A stretch of DNA of 64,000 nucleotides, taken from Prasinococcaceae sp. CCMP 1430 (Eukaryota > Plantae > Prasinodermophyta). Location of the stretch: the NCBI GenBank assembly GCA_013416795.1, contig RQSC01000012.1:258527-322526 (forward strand), in the 5' to 3' direction. The translations under genes and the position numbers were made by a program. Shown here in pieces: positions 1-10,931 of this stretch. The notes under the pieces were generated by a model. That model was not told the DNA's origin. It searched no databases and worked only from the letters and a program-made list of their open reading frames with translations. Each line of letters begins with the position of its first letter. Positions within the stretch are counted from its first letter, which is position 1.

Positions 1-2530
1 GGAGAGAGATCGAGCGCGCGCACCTTTGCACCCGATGCTACCTTGTTGGCCTTGCGCAGGGGGGCCGTGGCAGCGACCTGCAAGGGACTGGGCGGGCTGA
101 TGTCCATCGCAGCCGCGCCTGCCGGGCCCATTTTCCCACCAACGGCAATGGTCGGGCGCTGTGCGCTCCCGCCCATCCTTCTCCCAATCACGCCGCCACC
201 GCTGTCGGCCACGCCGTCGTTCATGTCAGGCATGACGGGCGCCTCGTGCGCCGCCGCGCGCTCGGCCTTGCGCAGTTTGACCATGTACTCCTGCACGTCG
301 TCCTTGCGGCCCATGTCTGTGCAAATGTGCACCAGATAGCGCAGGCACTCAACGTCATCTGGGTGGTTGACGTGGATCTTCTTGTACTTTTCGAGAGCCT
401 CCGGGTAACGCCCCACCCGCCGCAGGCAGCTGGCCACCATGAGCTGCCACTTGACCTCCGCGGGCTGTATGCGCGCGGCGAGGTCGAAGTAGGGCATCGC
501 CTCCTCATACACCTCCGACTTGACGTGGAAGGCACCCAGCCACGAGATGACGTCCATGTTGACGGGAAAGACGCGATGCGCCTCGCGATAGTAATGGAGC
601 GCCTTGGCTTCGTCGCCGTATTTTGCATGCGTGGACCCCAGCCGCGCCAGCACACCCGGGTCGTTCACCACGCGCGAATTGAGGTACTCCATCGTCTTGA
701 TCGACTGTCTGTAGTTGCCCGTCGCGTCGTAGCACGAGGCGATCTGGAAGATGACCTCCTGGTTCTCCGGCACGATCCCGTTGAGTTTCTTGAAGGCTTG
801 CAGCGCCTCGGCATATTGGCCCAGCGCGCGGTTTGCCATGCCAAGATTGTAAATGGCCTCCACACAGTCCGCCTCGGCGCTCACCGCCTCCTGATACGCC
901 GCCCTCGCGCCCTCGTAATCGCCGCGTCCGTAGAGGCAATTGCCGCGGTTGACGTGCGCGGATGCGTTGTAGCGGTCGTTGGCGACGGCCATGTCGGCGT
1001 ACTCCATCGCATTGTCGAGGTCACCCTCCAGGAAGTATATGAAGGAAAGGTTGGTGGCCGCGCGCGCCTTGAGGTGCTGCTCCTTGAGCTCGAAGCCCTT
1101 GAGCACAGCGATGGCTTTCTCGAACTCGCGCAGGGCCAGGAACGCTGTCGCCTTGTGCATTTCCACCTCGTTGGCAGCGGCGGTGAGGCCCTGCGAGTTA
1201 AGGGCCTCCGCACAGTACGAGAAAACCTCGAAAACGTCGCCGGCGATGGCCGGCGCGATCAGGCGCGCGGCCATCGACACGTAGCGGTCCGACGCGCGCT
1301 TGCGCTCGCGCAGCTCGTCGCGCAGGCGGTCGGAGTCGGCCGCCTGCGCGAGCACCGCGCCCGCGCTACCGCCCGCTGCGCCCGCCGCGGCGACGGCACC
1401 TGCAGTGGCAACGCCCTCGGCCTCATCTTCCTCCTCCTGCTGGTCGTACTGTCGGATGGCCATCAGCCGTGAGAAGGACTTCTTCATGTTGTCGCTCGAG
1501 CCCATGGCGAAGTAGCACACCACAATGTTAAAGGCGGTGGGGTAGTCCGGCGCGCCCTCCATGATGCTCTCGAAGGCGTTCACGGCGTCCTGGTAGTTGC
1601 CCAGCCGCACGAATGCCAGGCCGATGTTGCGCATCACGCGGAAGCGCGCCTCCTTGCACGCATTCGGGATCTGGTCCAGCGCCATGCGATAGTTCTTGAT
1701 CGCCTGGGGGTACTTCTCCTGCTCGAAGTAGATGTTGCCCATGTTGACGCGCAGCCGCCCCGCGTGCGCGAAGGCCTTGTTTTTGACCACCTGCATGTAG
1801 GCGTTCATCGCCTCGGGGTACAGTCGGTTCTTCTGCAGCTGGAGGCCCAGGTTGAAGCACACGGCGAAGGTGAGGTCGACGTTGATCTGGTCGCCCATGT
1901 CGTAGCCTTCGCGCAGCTTGCACAGCGCGCGCTCGCGGCGGCCGGCCTCCTTGGCGCGTTCGAGCGCGCCCGTGAGGTCGCCAGAGGCGCTCATCGTGGC
2001 GCTCTCCTCGAGCAGCTCGTGCACCTTGAGCTCGGCGGCCTTGCACTCGAAGTCCGGCCCGTGCTCGCGCTGGCGCTGCACCGGCGCCGCGCCGACGGCC
2101 GTGCCGGTGCCCGCCGGATCCAGGGCGCTGCGTCCGCCGGCACCGCCCGTCGCGCTGGAGTAGCCCGCCGCCTTGTTGGACGTCATGGGCCTGGCGGTGC
2201 CCGGCGGCGGCGCGCCTGCGCCCATCGCGGTGCCCATCGGCGCTGACGCGCCGTAGCCCATTTCAGGCGCGGGCGCGTCATACGCTTCGCCGCCGGTGTC
2301 GTTGAAGCCACTGTACAGGTCGTCGTCCGCCGAGGGCTGCGATGTGGCCGACGGAGGCGCGAGAGCGGTCAGCTGGCGCACGCCAGGAAAGAAGCAGCCG
2401 CGGTAGACGACGGTGCGCGCGCATGGCGCGCGCGCATGCGTGTATGTGCGTGCGGAGGCGCTTGCGCCTGCGCTTGCTGCGCGTGAGCGCGCGAGGTGGC
2501 GTGGGCGCGACGCGCTCGCACCACGTCCAT
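1..2530 (-). CDS. IFT88: Intraflagellar transport protein 88 (TPR protein); 3' end runs off the window
   Basis: Proposed exon 1 is ATG GAC GTG (2530-2522), then intron GTGCGA..CAG (2521-2337). The long exon reads PSADDDLYSGFND..ARPMTSNKAAGY..INVDLTFAVCFNL..GRLRVNMGNIYFEQEKYPQAIKNYRMALDQIP followed by many TPRs. A GTGCGC donor lies near position 24. The ORF track misses this frame. Confidence 0.93.
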
Positions 2531-3680
2531 GGCCGCTCGCGCCGCCCGGCGCCGCCCGGCGCCGCCCGCCCGCGCACGGCACTCTGGCGCACCCAAGCCC
2601 CTCCCCTTCGTCCCAGTTGACGATGGCCCCTGCCAACGCCCGCGCTCCGCCCGCGCCCGGTGGCCCCAGCGCTCGCCCTCCCTCGTCCCCCGGCGCGCAC
2701 ACGCGCCGCAGTCGGGGAACCGCTTTCGAATGCGCATCCGCAGGTCAAACGGAACGCGCGAACCGCGCGGCCCTGAAACCCGGGCCGATTGCGAGCGCAC
2801 CTGGCCCAGCCAGGTCAGAACTGAATTGCATACCTGGGAAGTCCGACGGCTACCAGCGGTCGGACCGTGGACAGACCGGGGGTGTGCGAGGGCCTGGACG
2901 CTTGTGTGCCCGGAATGTGAATTCTGGACTCTAACCCTGATATCTAACCATAAATGGGGCGATCTCACAGATGCACGTGCACTCTCGAGCTCACGCGCGC
3001 CCGAACCTCAACCATTTCTTGCAATTGAAGAAATGGATCCATCTGATTCTGATGGCATCTTCCGTCATCTGACTGACTGACGTGCAACGGTCGGGTCGCC
3101 TGTCGATGGCCGATTCGGTCGGCGGTGCTCGTGACGACAGAGGCGCGCGCGTCGCTCGCCAACGGGCGGATGTTTTTCGGGGTGTTTTTGGCCGTTTTGA
3201 ACTCGTTTGGTTTCGTTCGATCGGCGGCCGGCGGCGCGGCCGCGGCCGGGCGCTCGCGGCGCCACAGCGCGCGCCCGCGAGCGCGCGAGAGAGGTGGTGG
3301 GTGGGGGGGGGAGGGGCGCCGCGCGCAGTCGGCGCGCGCGCTCCGCTCGGCGCGCGGTCGATTCGACTACGTGGGACCCAGGCCGATCCGCCGCGAGAGG
3401 CGCGCAGGGCGGCACTCCCGAACCGCCGGTGACGCCGCCGGGCCCTGCAGTGGCGGGCTCGGTGCGCGAAGCTGCCGCGACAGCGCGCCGCAGAGCGCGC
3501 GGGCCGTCCCTCCCTCCCCTGGGACGTGAGGGGAAGGGCGCGGGCGCACGCGCGCTCGTAGCAGGAGGGACGTGGCGGGGTGCTGCCATAGCTCCCCCTC
3601 CCCCCCCTCCCCCCCTTCTGTACTTCACGCGCAAGAAGGCAGCGGCAGAGGCGGCGGTGGCGCCAGTAGCAGCGAGCGTG

Positions 3681-4618
3681 ATGGTCAGCGCAGAGCGAGA
3701 GGTATGCGCGCGCGCGCGCTAGAGCGCTCGCTTGGAGGGGGAGTGCGCCCGCGAGAGTGCGTGCGTGCGGGGTGTTTGCGGCCCAGCCCGCCCATGTGGC
3801 GGTACGCTCGGGATCCTCGTGTGCACAGGGGTGGCCTGCGCGGACAGGGCGGTCCTGTCCGTAGCGCGGCTGCGCTCGACCGCCCGCTCGACCACCAGCG
3901 CTGCGCTGCGTGGCATCCTCCCACAACGACAGCATGCGCTGACGATCGCGCGCGCGCGGCCTCGCGATCGCAGCTTTCCATCCGCGCGCGCGTGGCCAAC
4001 GTGTACAATCGCCCCGAAAGCGACTTCCCAACGCGCGATGAGTACAATGACTATCTCGAGGCGGCCGAGGATCTCATCTTCGAGCTGATCAGCGACGACC
4101 AGGAGGTGGCCAAGGCCGCGGAGAGGCGGTTACGAGAGTACCAGACGGATAACCGCGAGGCCATTGCCATCTACGCGGCGCAGCGCGCGGAGGAAGAGCG
4201 CGGGGAGCGCGACGCTCTGCGCGCCGAGGAAGAAGCCCGGCGGGCGCGCGAGGGCGGGGCGAGTGACGTCTCGATGATGCACACGCCGGCTGCGGCACGG
4301 GAGGGCGCGCTCTTGGCAGGTATGCCGACATCACACAGTGGCGGCTCGGGGCCTGGGCCGCGCTCTGAGCAAGGCACCGACGGGGGCGGCGGGCGCTCCC
4401 GGCCGATGTTGTACACGCCAGCAATGGCCGCCAACCCGCTCGCGCCGCTCGTGCAGCCGACGCCGGTGCAGGATGGGGTGAACAACGGTGGCATGATCTC
4501 CAGGTGGGAGGACTTGCATGGGCCGCGAAAGGAGGCCGCCGTGCGCGCCAGCGGCTGGTCGTACGCGCTCGTCGAGCAGCGCGCCAGGGACGAGCTCCTC
4601 GGTCTGCTCATGGTGTAG
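3681..4618 (+). CDS. MAT1: CDK-activating kinase assembly factor MAT1, plant-type without RING finger
   Basis: Exon 1 MVSAERE (3681-3701), intron GTATGC..CAG (3702-3973), exon 2 LSIRARVANVYNRPESDFPTRDEYNDYLEAAEDLIFEL, the MAT1 central-domain motif. Confidence 0.85.
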
Positions 4619-4871
4619 CGGCGTGTAGTCACTAATAGCGGTCGGAGTAATACAGTACATTCAAGTGCGATAGCCCCCGCGGAGCTACACGCGCCGTCGC
4701 GCGCTGCGACACGCGGCCGGGGCGCGCTCGCCCTAAGGAGTGCCGTCGTACATCGCACAACGAACTTTACACTCGCGCGCAGCGCCTGCGTGCTTCCTCG
4801 GCGTACCCGTACCGTGCAGCGTGCGCCCGCTCTCACCTCCTCGGGGCATGGCGCAGCCCCGCGCGCGGCGC

Positions 4872-5402
4872 TCACCGGCCGCCCTGCCTCTTCTCGCGGA
4901 AGACGATGCGCCCCTTGGTGAGGTCGTAGGGCGAGAGGTCGACGCGCACCGTGTCACCCGCGAGAATGCGGATGTGGTTCTTGCGCATCTTGCCGCTGAT
5001 GTGCGCGAGCACCTCCACGCCATTCTCCAGCTCGACCTTGAACTGCGCGCCGGGCAGGGTGTCCATCACAGTGCCGGCCATCTGCGGCGCACGCGTCGAG
5101 CGGATGTGGGTGGCCGAGGCGGCGCGTGTCAGGGCGCGCGAGGGCAGCGAGCAAACCAGGCTGCAACCATCACGCTATGTGCTTGCGCCGCGCGTTCGTC
5201 GCGCGCTTGCACGCTCCCTCGCGGCGCGTACCTGGAAGGTGCCCTCGTCGTTGGCGGAGGCGCACACGCGGCGGTTGCGCACGCCGCTGCACGCGCCGGC
5301 GCCGTAGCCGGCGTGCGCGCCGCGCACGCGGCGCGCGGAGGCACCCACTCGCAGCGGAAGCGACACGCGGGCGCCTTTAGGCGGGGCGTTAGGGATGGGC
5401 AT
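4872..5402 (-). CDS. infA: Bacterial/plastid-type translation initiation factor IF-1 with a putative transit-peptide exon
   Basis: Exon 2 (5081-4872) reads [62 protein letters not shown]. The upstream exon [40 protein letters not shown] is Ala/Arg/Ser-rich and ends at a GTACGC donor. The IF-1 core is certain; the exact start is less so. Confidence 0.9.
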
Positions 5403-6321
5403 GCCGCAGGCAGGCGCCGGGTGCCGCGTCAGTGCATGCGAGGCCACAGGCGCGACGGACGCACGCTCCTCTCGCCGGCCTGCGAGGGCGGTGCGCTGCG
5501 TGACGCCCAGGCGCAGCAGCTGCGCGTCCGCGCCCGCCGCGCACGCCAGGCCCCTCCACAAGCAATGTGCGGGTGAGGCGTGCGCCTCCTGCCCCGCCGC
5601 CCCTCTTCAAGCACGGGCGCCGGCGCCCCCCTCGCGCCCGGCCCGGCCCGGCCCGCCACTGCCTGCGCAACCCTATCCAAAACCCCGCCCCCCGCGCGGC
5701 GCGGCTGCGCACGCACCTGCGAATGACGCCGCGGCGCGCGACGCCATCTCTGGTCCGGTCGGCGCGGGGGCAAAAAAGGGGGCGCCGGCTGCGCGCTGTG
5801 GCGCCCGCGCACCGCACCACTCGCATCCACGCCGCCGCACCGCACCGCACCGCCGCGGTCGCGCCACACAAAATTCGCGGCAATGCGCGCAAAAAACGCC
5901 CACCAAACCGGCAAAATCGCCCCGACGGCGCGCGGACGCCCCTCGGAATCGCTCGGGAGAAATCGCGGGCGAAAACGCAGCGCCGCGCATCCGAATCGAT
6001 ACGAGATCCAGCCACCGAAAAAAAAAGCTTGCTTTTCTTTTGGTTGTGCCCGGCAGAAAATACAGAGGTCATCAAAAAAATCGTTCGCCTCGCCAGGCGG
6101 ATTCACGCCCGCCTAAAAGTCGTTCCAGCGCGCGCCGCTTGGCCAGGGCGCCGAATTTTACCCGCGCTACTCATAGAGACTTTCCGCGCCCCCGCCGCTG
6201 CAGCGAGGCGCCGTCGGCGAGGGGTTCGGAGCGCTCAGGGCAGGTGCCTCCGGCAAAGCATAGCGTCGGATGGCCAACGACGACTGATCTCTCTTGCGCA
6301 GTGGCCAGGCGAAATGTACCA

Positions 6322-9300
6322 ATGGCACGGGCCGAGCGGCCGGAGTTTCTTCGCTNCCTCGGCGGCACGCCGCGCGCTCGGACGTGGGGCGCGGGCGCGC
6401 CGGCGCACGCGCCCGGCGGGTACAGCTACGAGTACGAGTATGAGCGCGCGCGCGTGCGCGCGGCGGCGCTCAGCGCCCGCGGCGCCTACGCGGGTGACGT
6501 CGAAGTCGACGCGAGCGCTTACGCGGCTGGCGACGACGGCGACGTCGACGCGAGCGACGCGGCCGTGGAGCGCGCGAGGCGTCACGCGGAGGAGGTGCGA
6601 AGTGGTCGCGTCCCCAGCCCTTCGCCGCGCGCGCCAGGGCTCGGCGGAGACACCGGGAGTGGTGGCGTGGCCGCGCCGAGCGCGCTGCTAAGCGCGGCAC
6701 TGGGAGGCAGCGCGGCGGAGGTGTCTGCCGACGAGCTCGCCGCGCTCAGCGGCGCATACGAGCGCATGATGGAGGAGGAGCAGAAGGAGAGGAAGAAGAC
6801 CGTGTCTGCCGACGAGCTCGCGGCGCTCAGCGGCGCATACGAGCGCATGATGGAGGAGGAGCGAAAGGAGAGGAAGAAGACGGCGGACGTCGCGGCGGAA
6901 GGCGCACCGGACGTCGAAGCGGAGGACGTGGCCGTCACGGAGGAGGCCGTCGCCGCCGCGTCGGCTCGGGCGCGGCGATATGCGGCCGAGGAGGCCGGCG
7001 TGCGCCCGCACCTGCTACCCGAGGCCAATACTGTCGACGCGCTTGAGCGCGCAAAGGCGCTCACCGCTGCGGCGTACGGCAAGCTGCCCGACCTGACCTT
7101 CGGCCTGCCCGGTGCGGGTGAGGCTCCGCCGCAGCAGATGGACACGAGCAACCCGACGCTGAGCGCAGCCAAGCTCAGCGAGGCTCATGCGCGCATGGCG
7201 CGCGAAATGGCCGGCATGCCACTCGTCGGGGGCGAGGGGCCCGTGCTGGCAGTGCAAGCGGGCTCGGGCGCGCTACTCATGGGGTCTGGCGGCCGCGTGC
7301 CGACGTACCCCTACCATCCGGACGAGCCGCTTCAGAGTCAGCAGGAGCTCGCCAGCAGCGTGAGCACGGGCAATGTCGCGCGCGCGCGCGCCCCCACGGG
7401 GGGTGCACGCCGCGCCAAGCGCACCTACAAGCTCGCGCTGCGCACCGGCTCGGCCGCGGACGCCGGCACCAGTGCTGTGGTGAGCGTGTGCTTGCGCGGT
7501 GCGGGTGGGCGCACGTCGGGCATGCGAAGGCTGCCCAGCGGCGAAGGCCTGTTCGTGCGCGGCAACACCGACGTGTTCTGGCTCGACGCGCCAGAGCTGG
7601 GGCCGCTCGAGGCGCTCGAGGTTTCACACGACGGTGGCGGACACGCGCCTGGTTGGCAGCTTGCCGGCGCGAGTGTGGTGGACGTCAGCACCAGCATCGA
7701 GGTGGACTTCCCCGCCGGCGTATGGTTCGACGCCAAGCGCGGCGACGGCGCGACGAGCCGCACGCTGTTTGCATCGGGGCGGTCGGGTGCGCAGGCGCAG
7801 CATGCGGGCGCCGAGGCAGGCACTGCTCCGTTGGTGCTGACGCTGTCGACAGCTGATGAGTACGGATCGGGTACGGACGCCGACGTTGCTGTGGAGGTGT
7901 GGGGCAAGGTTCGAGGCGTGCCTGCGTCATCGGGCATGTGGCGGCTGCGCAACGATGGTCGCAACTTCTCTCGCGGCGCAGTGTCGAGCTTCGTTCTCAC
8001 GGGACTGCCACGCCTCGACCGCGTGACAAGCGTAAAGGTCGGGCTGGAGCCCGCCGGCGCGGAGCCCCGCTGGCGCTTGGATCGCGCGAGCGTGCTCGAT
8101 GCCGACAGCGGCACGGAGACGACATTCGCATTTTCTGCGTGGCTCGATCGCCGCGCTGGGCTCGTGGCAGAGCTCGCCGATGGCGAAGTGCTGGCGCACC
8201 CCAAGCAGCGCAAGGTGCCCACTCGTCACCCGGTCGTACAGCAGCCAGTGGTGACCAAGGCTGAACGCGAGAGGCCAAAATACGAGGGGCTCCCCTCTGA
8301 TCCCTTGGCGCGCCGGACGGCCTCAACGAAGGCCACGCGGCCGGCCAGCGCTGGGGCGGCAGGTGGGGCGGTTGCCGTCCCCACCGAGCTTCCCGTGACA
8401 CCCGCAGTGGCTGCCGCTTGGACATACTTGCCACCACAGGTGGCCAAGGCGCTCGAGGGTGACCCGTTCTCAGCGACACTGAGCTTTGTCGACGAAAACG
8501 CGCCGCGGGTCGCGCGACTCTTCGCCGACCGCGACATGCGCATGACAGTCGCCGAGGTGGATGAAATGCTGCTCGCGCGCGCGCGGCCGCGCGCGGCGGC
8601 GCGCGAGCACTCGCACTTCCGCGCCATGCTCGTCGCGGGTGCGCGAGGCGATTTCAGCGAGAAAGAGCTACGCACCGCCCTCAAGGAGTGCTCTGACACT
8701 CGCAACATGGTGCGCCGCGGCTTGGATGGCGGCGGCCGTGGCGAGCGCGCCGCCACTGAGATCCACGCGGGCGAGGTCCTCAAGCGCCTGGGGCTCTTTC
8801 TCACTCATGGGGAACACGCGGAGCGGTCTTTTGGCAAATTCGACGCGGACCGCTCGGGCTACCTCGAGCCCGTCGAGCAGCTCGCGCTCATCAAACACGT
8901 CATGCCCAGCCTTGCCCCGGGCATACTGCGCTATGTCATGGCGTACCTCGACAGCCTCGACGCGGACGGCGACGGCCGACTGAGCTTCCCAGAATTGCGC
9001 GCCGTGGCGACGGGTGAGCGCGGTCCCAAGGTCGACCGAAGCGCGACGCAGCTGCAGCCGATGGCGATTGTGCCACAGGCCTTCCCGGTCGCGGCGGATG
9101 GCGCCCTGCCCATCAACATGGTGACGATCGAGCCCACGCTGCAGCCACTTCAGGACGCGCGCGCCGCGGGCAGCGGCGGAGAGCTGCCGAGCGGCGACGC
9201 CACGATGCAGCGCATGAAGCTCGCTGGCGCTGCGGAGGCACACGAGGCGCTCGTGCACGCGGCGGCTGCGGCCCAAGCTGCGTCGCGCGCGGCATCGCTC

Positions 9301-9783
9301 GCAAGCGGCGCAGGGAGTGCCTCAACGCGCCTCGCACAGCCGCAGCTGCACGAACTGCCATTGCACGAGCGCGCGGCGGCGGCCGCTGCGCAAGCGGAGG
9401 CCCTGGTGGGTGCTGCGAGCCTCACAGCCGAGGCCACGGCGGGCGGCGGAGCCGAGGCAGTGGCTCGCCGCGTCACACCGGCACCAAGTGCGAGCAACGC
9501 GGTGGCCGCGATGAGCGTGCCCCAGGTGGCCGCTTTCGTGCGATCGCTCGAGATGGACGACACACTCTGGCGCGAGAATTCAGTGAGTGGCAAGGACCTT
9601 CTCGGGCTCAGTGACGGGGACTTGAAAGAGCATCTTGGGCTCACCGCGCTGCAGGTGCGCAAATTGCGGAGGGAGCTGGCGCAACGTTTGGTGGCGGGTA
9701 GCGAGGCGGTGGCCGCGCCCTCGCAGGCCGAGACGACGCAGGCAGGGGGCGCGGGCGTGGGAGCGGCGCCCACGCCCGGGTAG
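6322..9783 (+). CDS. Multidomain protein: 2x PLAT/LH2, EF-hand pair, C-terminal SAM domain
   Basis: PLAT1 TYKLALRTGSAADAGTSAVV..LGPLEALEVSHDGGGHAPGW (~7420-7770). PLAT2 STADEYGSGTDADVAVEVWG..EPRWRLDRASV (~7830-8175). EF loops DADRSGYLEPVE and DADGDGRLSFPE. SAM MSVPQVAAFVRSLEMDDTLWRENSVSGKDLLGLSDGDLKEHLGL. The start is uncertain because a single-N join lies at 6356. Confidence 0.8.
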   Translation: MARAERPEFLRXLGGTPRARTWGAGAPAHAPGGYSYEYEYERARVRAAALSARGAYAGDVEVDASAYAAGDDGDVDASDAAVERARRHAEEVRSGRVPSPSPRAPGLGGDTGSGGVAAPSALLSAALGGSAAEVSADELAALSGAYERMMEEEQKERKKTVSADELAALSGAYERMMEEERKERKKTADVAAEGAPDVEAEDVAVTEEAVAAASARARRYAAEEAGVRPHLLPEANTVDALERAKALTAAAYGKLPDLTFGLPGAGEAPPQQMDTSNPTLSAAKLSEAHARMAREMAGMPLVGGEGPVLAVQAGSGALLMGSGGRVPTYPYHPDEPLQSQQELASSVSTGNVARARAPTGGARRAKRTYKLALRTGSAADAGTSAVVSVCLRGAGGRTSGMRRLPSGEGLFVRGNTDVFWLDAPELGPLEALEVSHDGGGHAPGWQLAGASVVDVSTSIEVDFPAGVWFDAKRGDGATSRTLFASGRSGAQAQHAGAEAGTAPLVLTLSTADEYGSGTDADVAVEVWGKVRGVPASSGMWRLRNDGRNFSRGAVSSFVLTGLPRLDRVTSVKVGLEPAGAEPRWRLDRASVLDADSGTETTFAFSAWLDRRAGLVAELADGEVLAHPKQRKVPTRHPVVQQPVVTKAERERPKYEGLPSDPLARRTASTKATRPASAGAAGGAVAVPTELPVTPAVAAAWTYLPPQVAKALEGDPFSATLSFVDENAPRVARLFADRDMRMTVAEVDEMLLARARPRAAAREHSHFRAMLVAGARGDFSEKELRTALKECSDTRNMVRRGLDGGGRGERAATEIHAGEVLKRLGLFLTHGEHAERSFGKFDADRSGYLEPVEQLALIKHVMPSLAPGILRYVMAYLDSLDADGDGRLSFPELRAVATGERGPKVDRSATQLQPMAIVPQAFPVAADGALPINMVTIEPTLQPLQDARAAGSGGELPSGDATMQRMKLAGAAEAHEALVHAAAAAQAASRAASLASGAGSASTRLAQPQLHELPLHERAAAAAAQAEALVGAASLTAEATAGGGAEAVARRVTPAPSASNAVAAMSVPQVAAFVRSLEMDDTLWRENSVSGKDLLGLSDGDLKEHLGLTALQVRKLRRELAQRLVAGSEAVAAPSQAETTQAGGAGVGAAPTPG
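6721..6882 (+). repeat. In-frame 81-bp tandem duplication (VSADELAALSGAYERMMEEE[Q/R]KERKKT x2)
   Basis: Two near-identical units at 6721-6801 and 6802-6882. Confidence 0.95.
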
Positions 9784-10268
9784 GCACTTGCGCCAGAACC
9801 TGTGCAGCCCGCGCCCGGACCGACACCCGCGTCCTTGCCGCCCCCCGGTCCCGGCAAGACGCCGTGACCCCCCTTCCGCTGCCGCGCGGCGACTGCGCGT
9901 AGCTGATTAACAAACACGCAGATGGTGCCAAGCGCGTGGAGGCGACTGCCCCCTCTCGGTCTTGCGCGCGGCGCAGCCTAGCAGCGGGCCGGCCGAAGCT
10001 GCCCCGAGCGCGCGCGCTCTGGCTCACGCCCTCTGCCCGCCGCACTCTTGTGCCCGGGAGGGACACGCCCGGCCCGCCGTCTCCCGCCTGCCTGCGCCTC
10101 TTAGCCTACCTCTCACTCGCCTGCCCCCGCGGGAAAGCAACATTGCGGAGCGGTAAGGCGCACATGCGCGCACGCTGCAGCGACTGGGCTGAGGAATCCT
10201 GTCTAACCGTCAGACAATGCAGGGAGGCACAACGCACGCCGCGCACGCCGCGCGCTCGCGTCGGGGCA

Positions 10269-10931
10269 ATGTCGCCGCCAGGGGGCGAGGGCGACGAGGA
10301 GGAGGCGAGGTATGACGACGTGACGGGCGCGCCGCTCAACGCGCGTGCGCGCGCCATCGTCGAGCGCGCCGCGGCCGACGCGCGCGCTGCCGAAGCTGCG
10401 GCGGGGGGCAGAGGCGAAGGTGGCAGCGGGGACGGTGAAGGCGCAGGCGAGGGTGGCGGTGCAACGGTGGGCGGCGCATTCGCTTCCATTCCGCGCGTGA
10501 TACTCGAGGAGGGCACGTGGAAGTACGTGCAGGTCGAGCTGAGCGCTCCGGGGGAAAAGCGCATCAAGGTGCGAGGCTGCTCAAGAGGCGCAGCGCTCGC
10601 TGCTTTGTGCGCTGTGGCCGCGGCCTTGCGTGCCCGCAGCTCACACAGCCGCGCGTGGCGGCGCCGCCAGGTCGTGAGGTCCGCGCGCGTGTCGTACCAC
10701 CCCGAGGTGTACGAGCTCCTCATGAATGAGCTCTGCCGCACGCACCCAAGCGTGCGCGGGCGCGTCGTTGGCGGCGGGAGGATCAAATACGACGCACAGG
10801 CAAGGACCGTCAGCATCTACGGCTACAGCAAAAGCTTCGGCCGCGCGCCAGGCTGCAACGAGCGCAGCGCGAAGATGGTCTCCAAGGCGATGCCCGATGC
10901 AAAGGTGGAGTGGTCCGACACGGGATATTGA
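10269..10931 (+). CDS. Janus/Ocnus-family 14-kDa phosphohistidine phosphatase (PHPT1-like)
   Basis: IPRVILEEGTWKYVQVEL, then intron GTGCGA..CAG (~10570-10670), then SYHPEVYE..GRVVGGGRIKYDAQARTVSIYGYSKSFGRA..KVEWSDTGY. Confidence 0.88.
   Translation: MSPPGGEGDEEEARYDDVTGAPLNARARAIVERAAADARAAEAAAGGRGEGGSGDGEGAGEGGGATVGGAFASIPRVILEEGTWKYVQVELSAPGEKRIKVRGCSRGAALAALCAVAAALRARSSHSRAWRRRQVVRSARVSYHPEVYELLMNELCRTHPSVRGRVVGGGRIKYDAQARTVSIYGYSKSFGRAPGCNERSAKMVSKAMPDAKVEWSDTGY

Noticed and set aside
246-1472. Long plus-strand ORFs opposite real genes (also 42134-44626, 57759-59237, 45908-47296, 26113-28572)
   Set aside because: They are antisense shadows of GC3-biased coding sequence, with no motifs and composition typical of reverse frames.
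2916-3040. Cluster of restriction-site palindromes resembling a vector polylinker
   Set aside because: The sites are not contiguous and no vector backbone is recognisable. Kept only as a palindrome island.
3681-4618. MAT1 lacking a RING finger
   Set aside because: This is the known plant-type form, so it is not novel.
5395-6321. 309-aa N-terminal extension of the 1462-aa ORF
   Set aside because: It overlaps the infA start and an A/T-tract promoter region, and translates as Arg/Pro/Ala noise. Similar run-through inflates ORFs 24748-28239 and 22709-25141.
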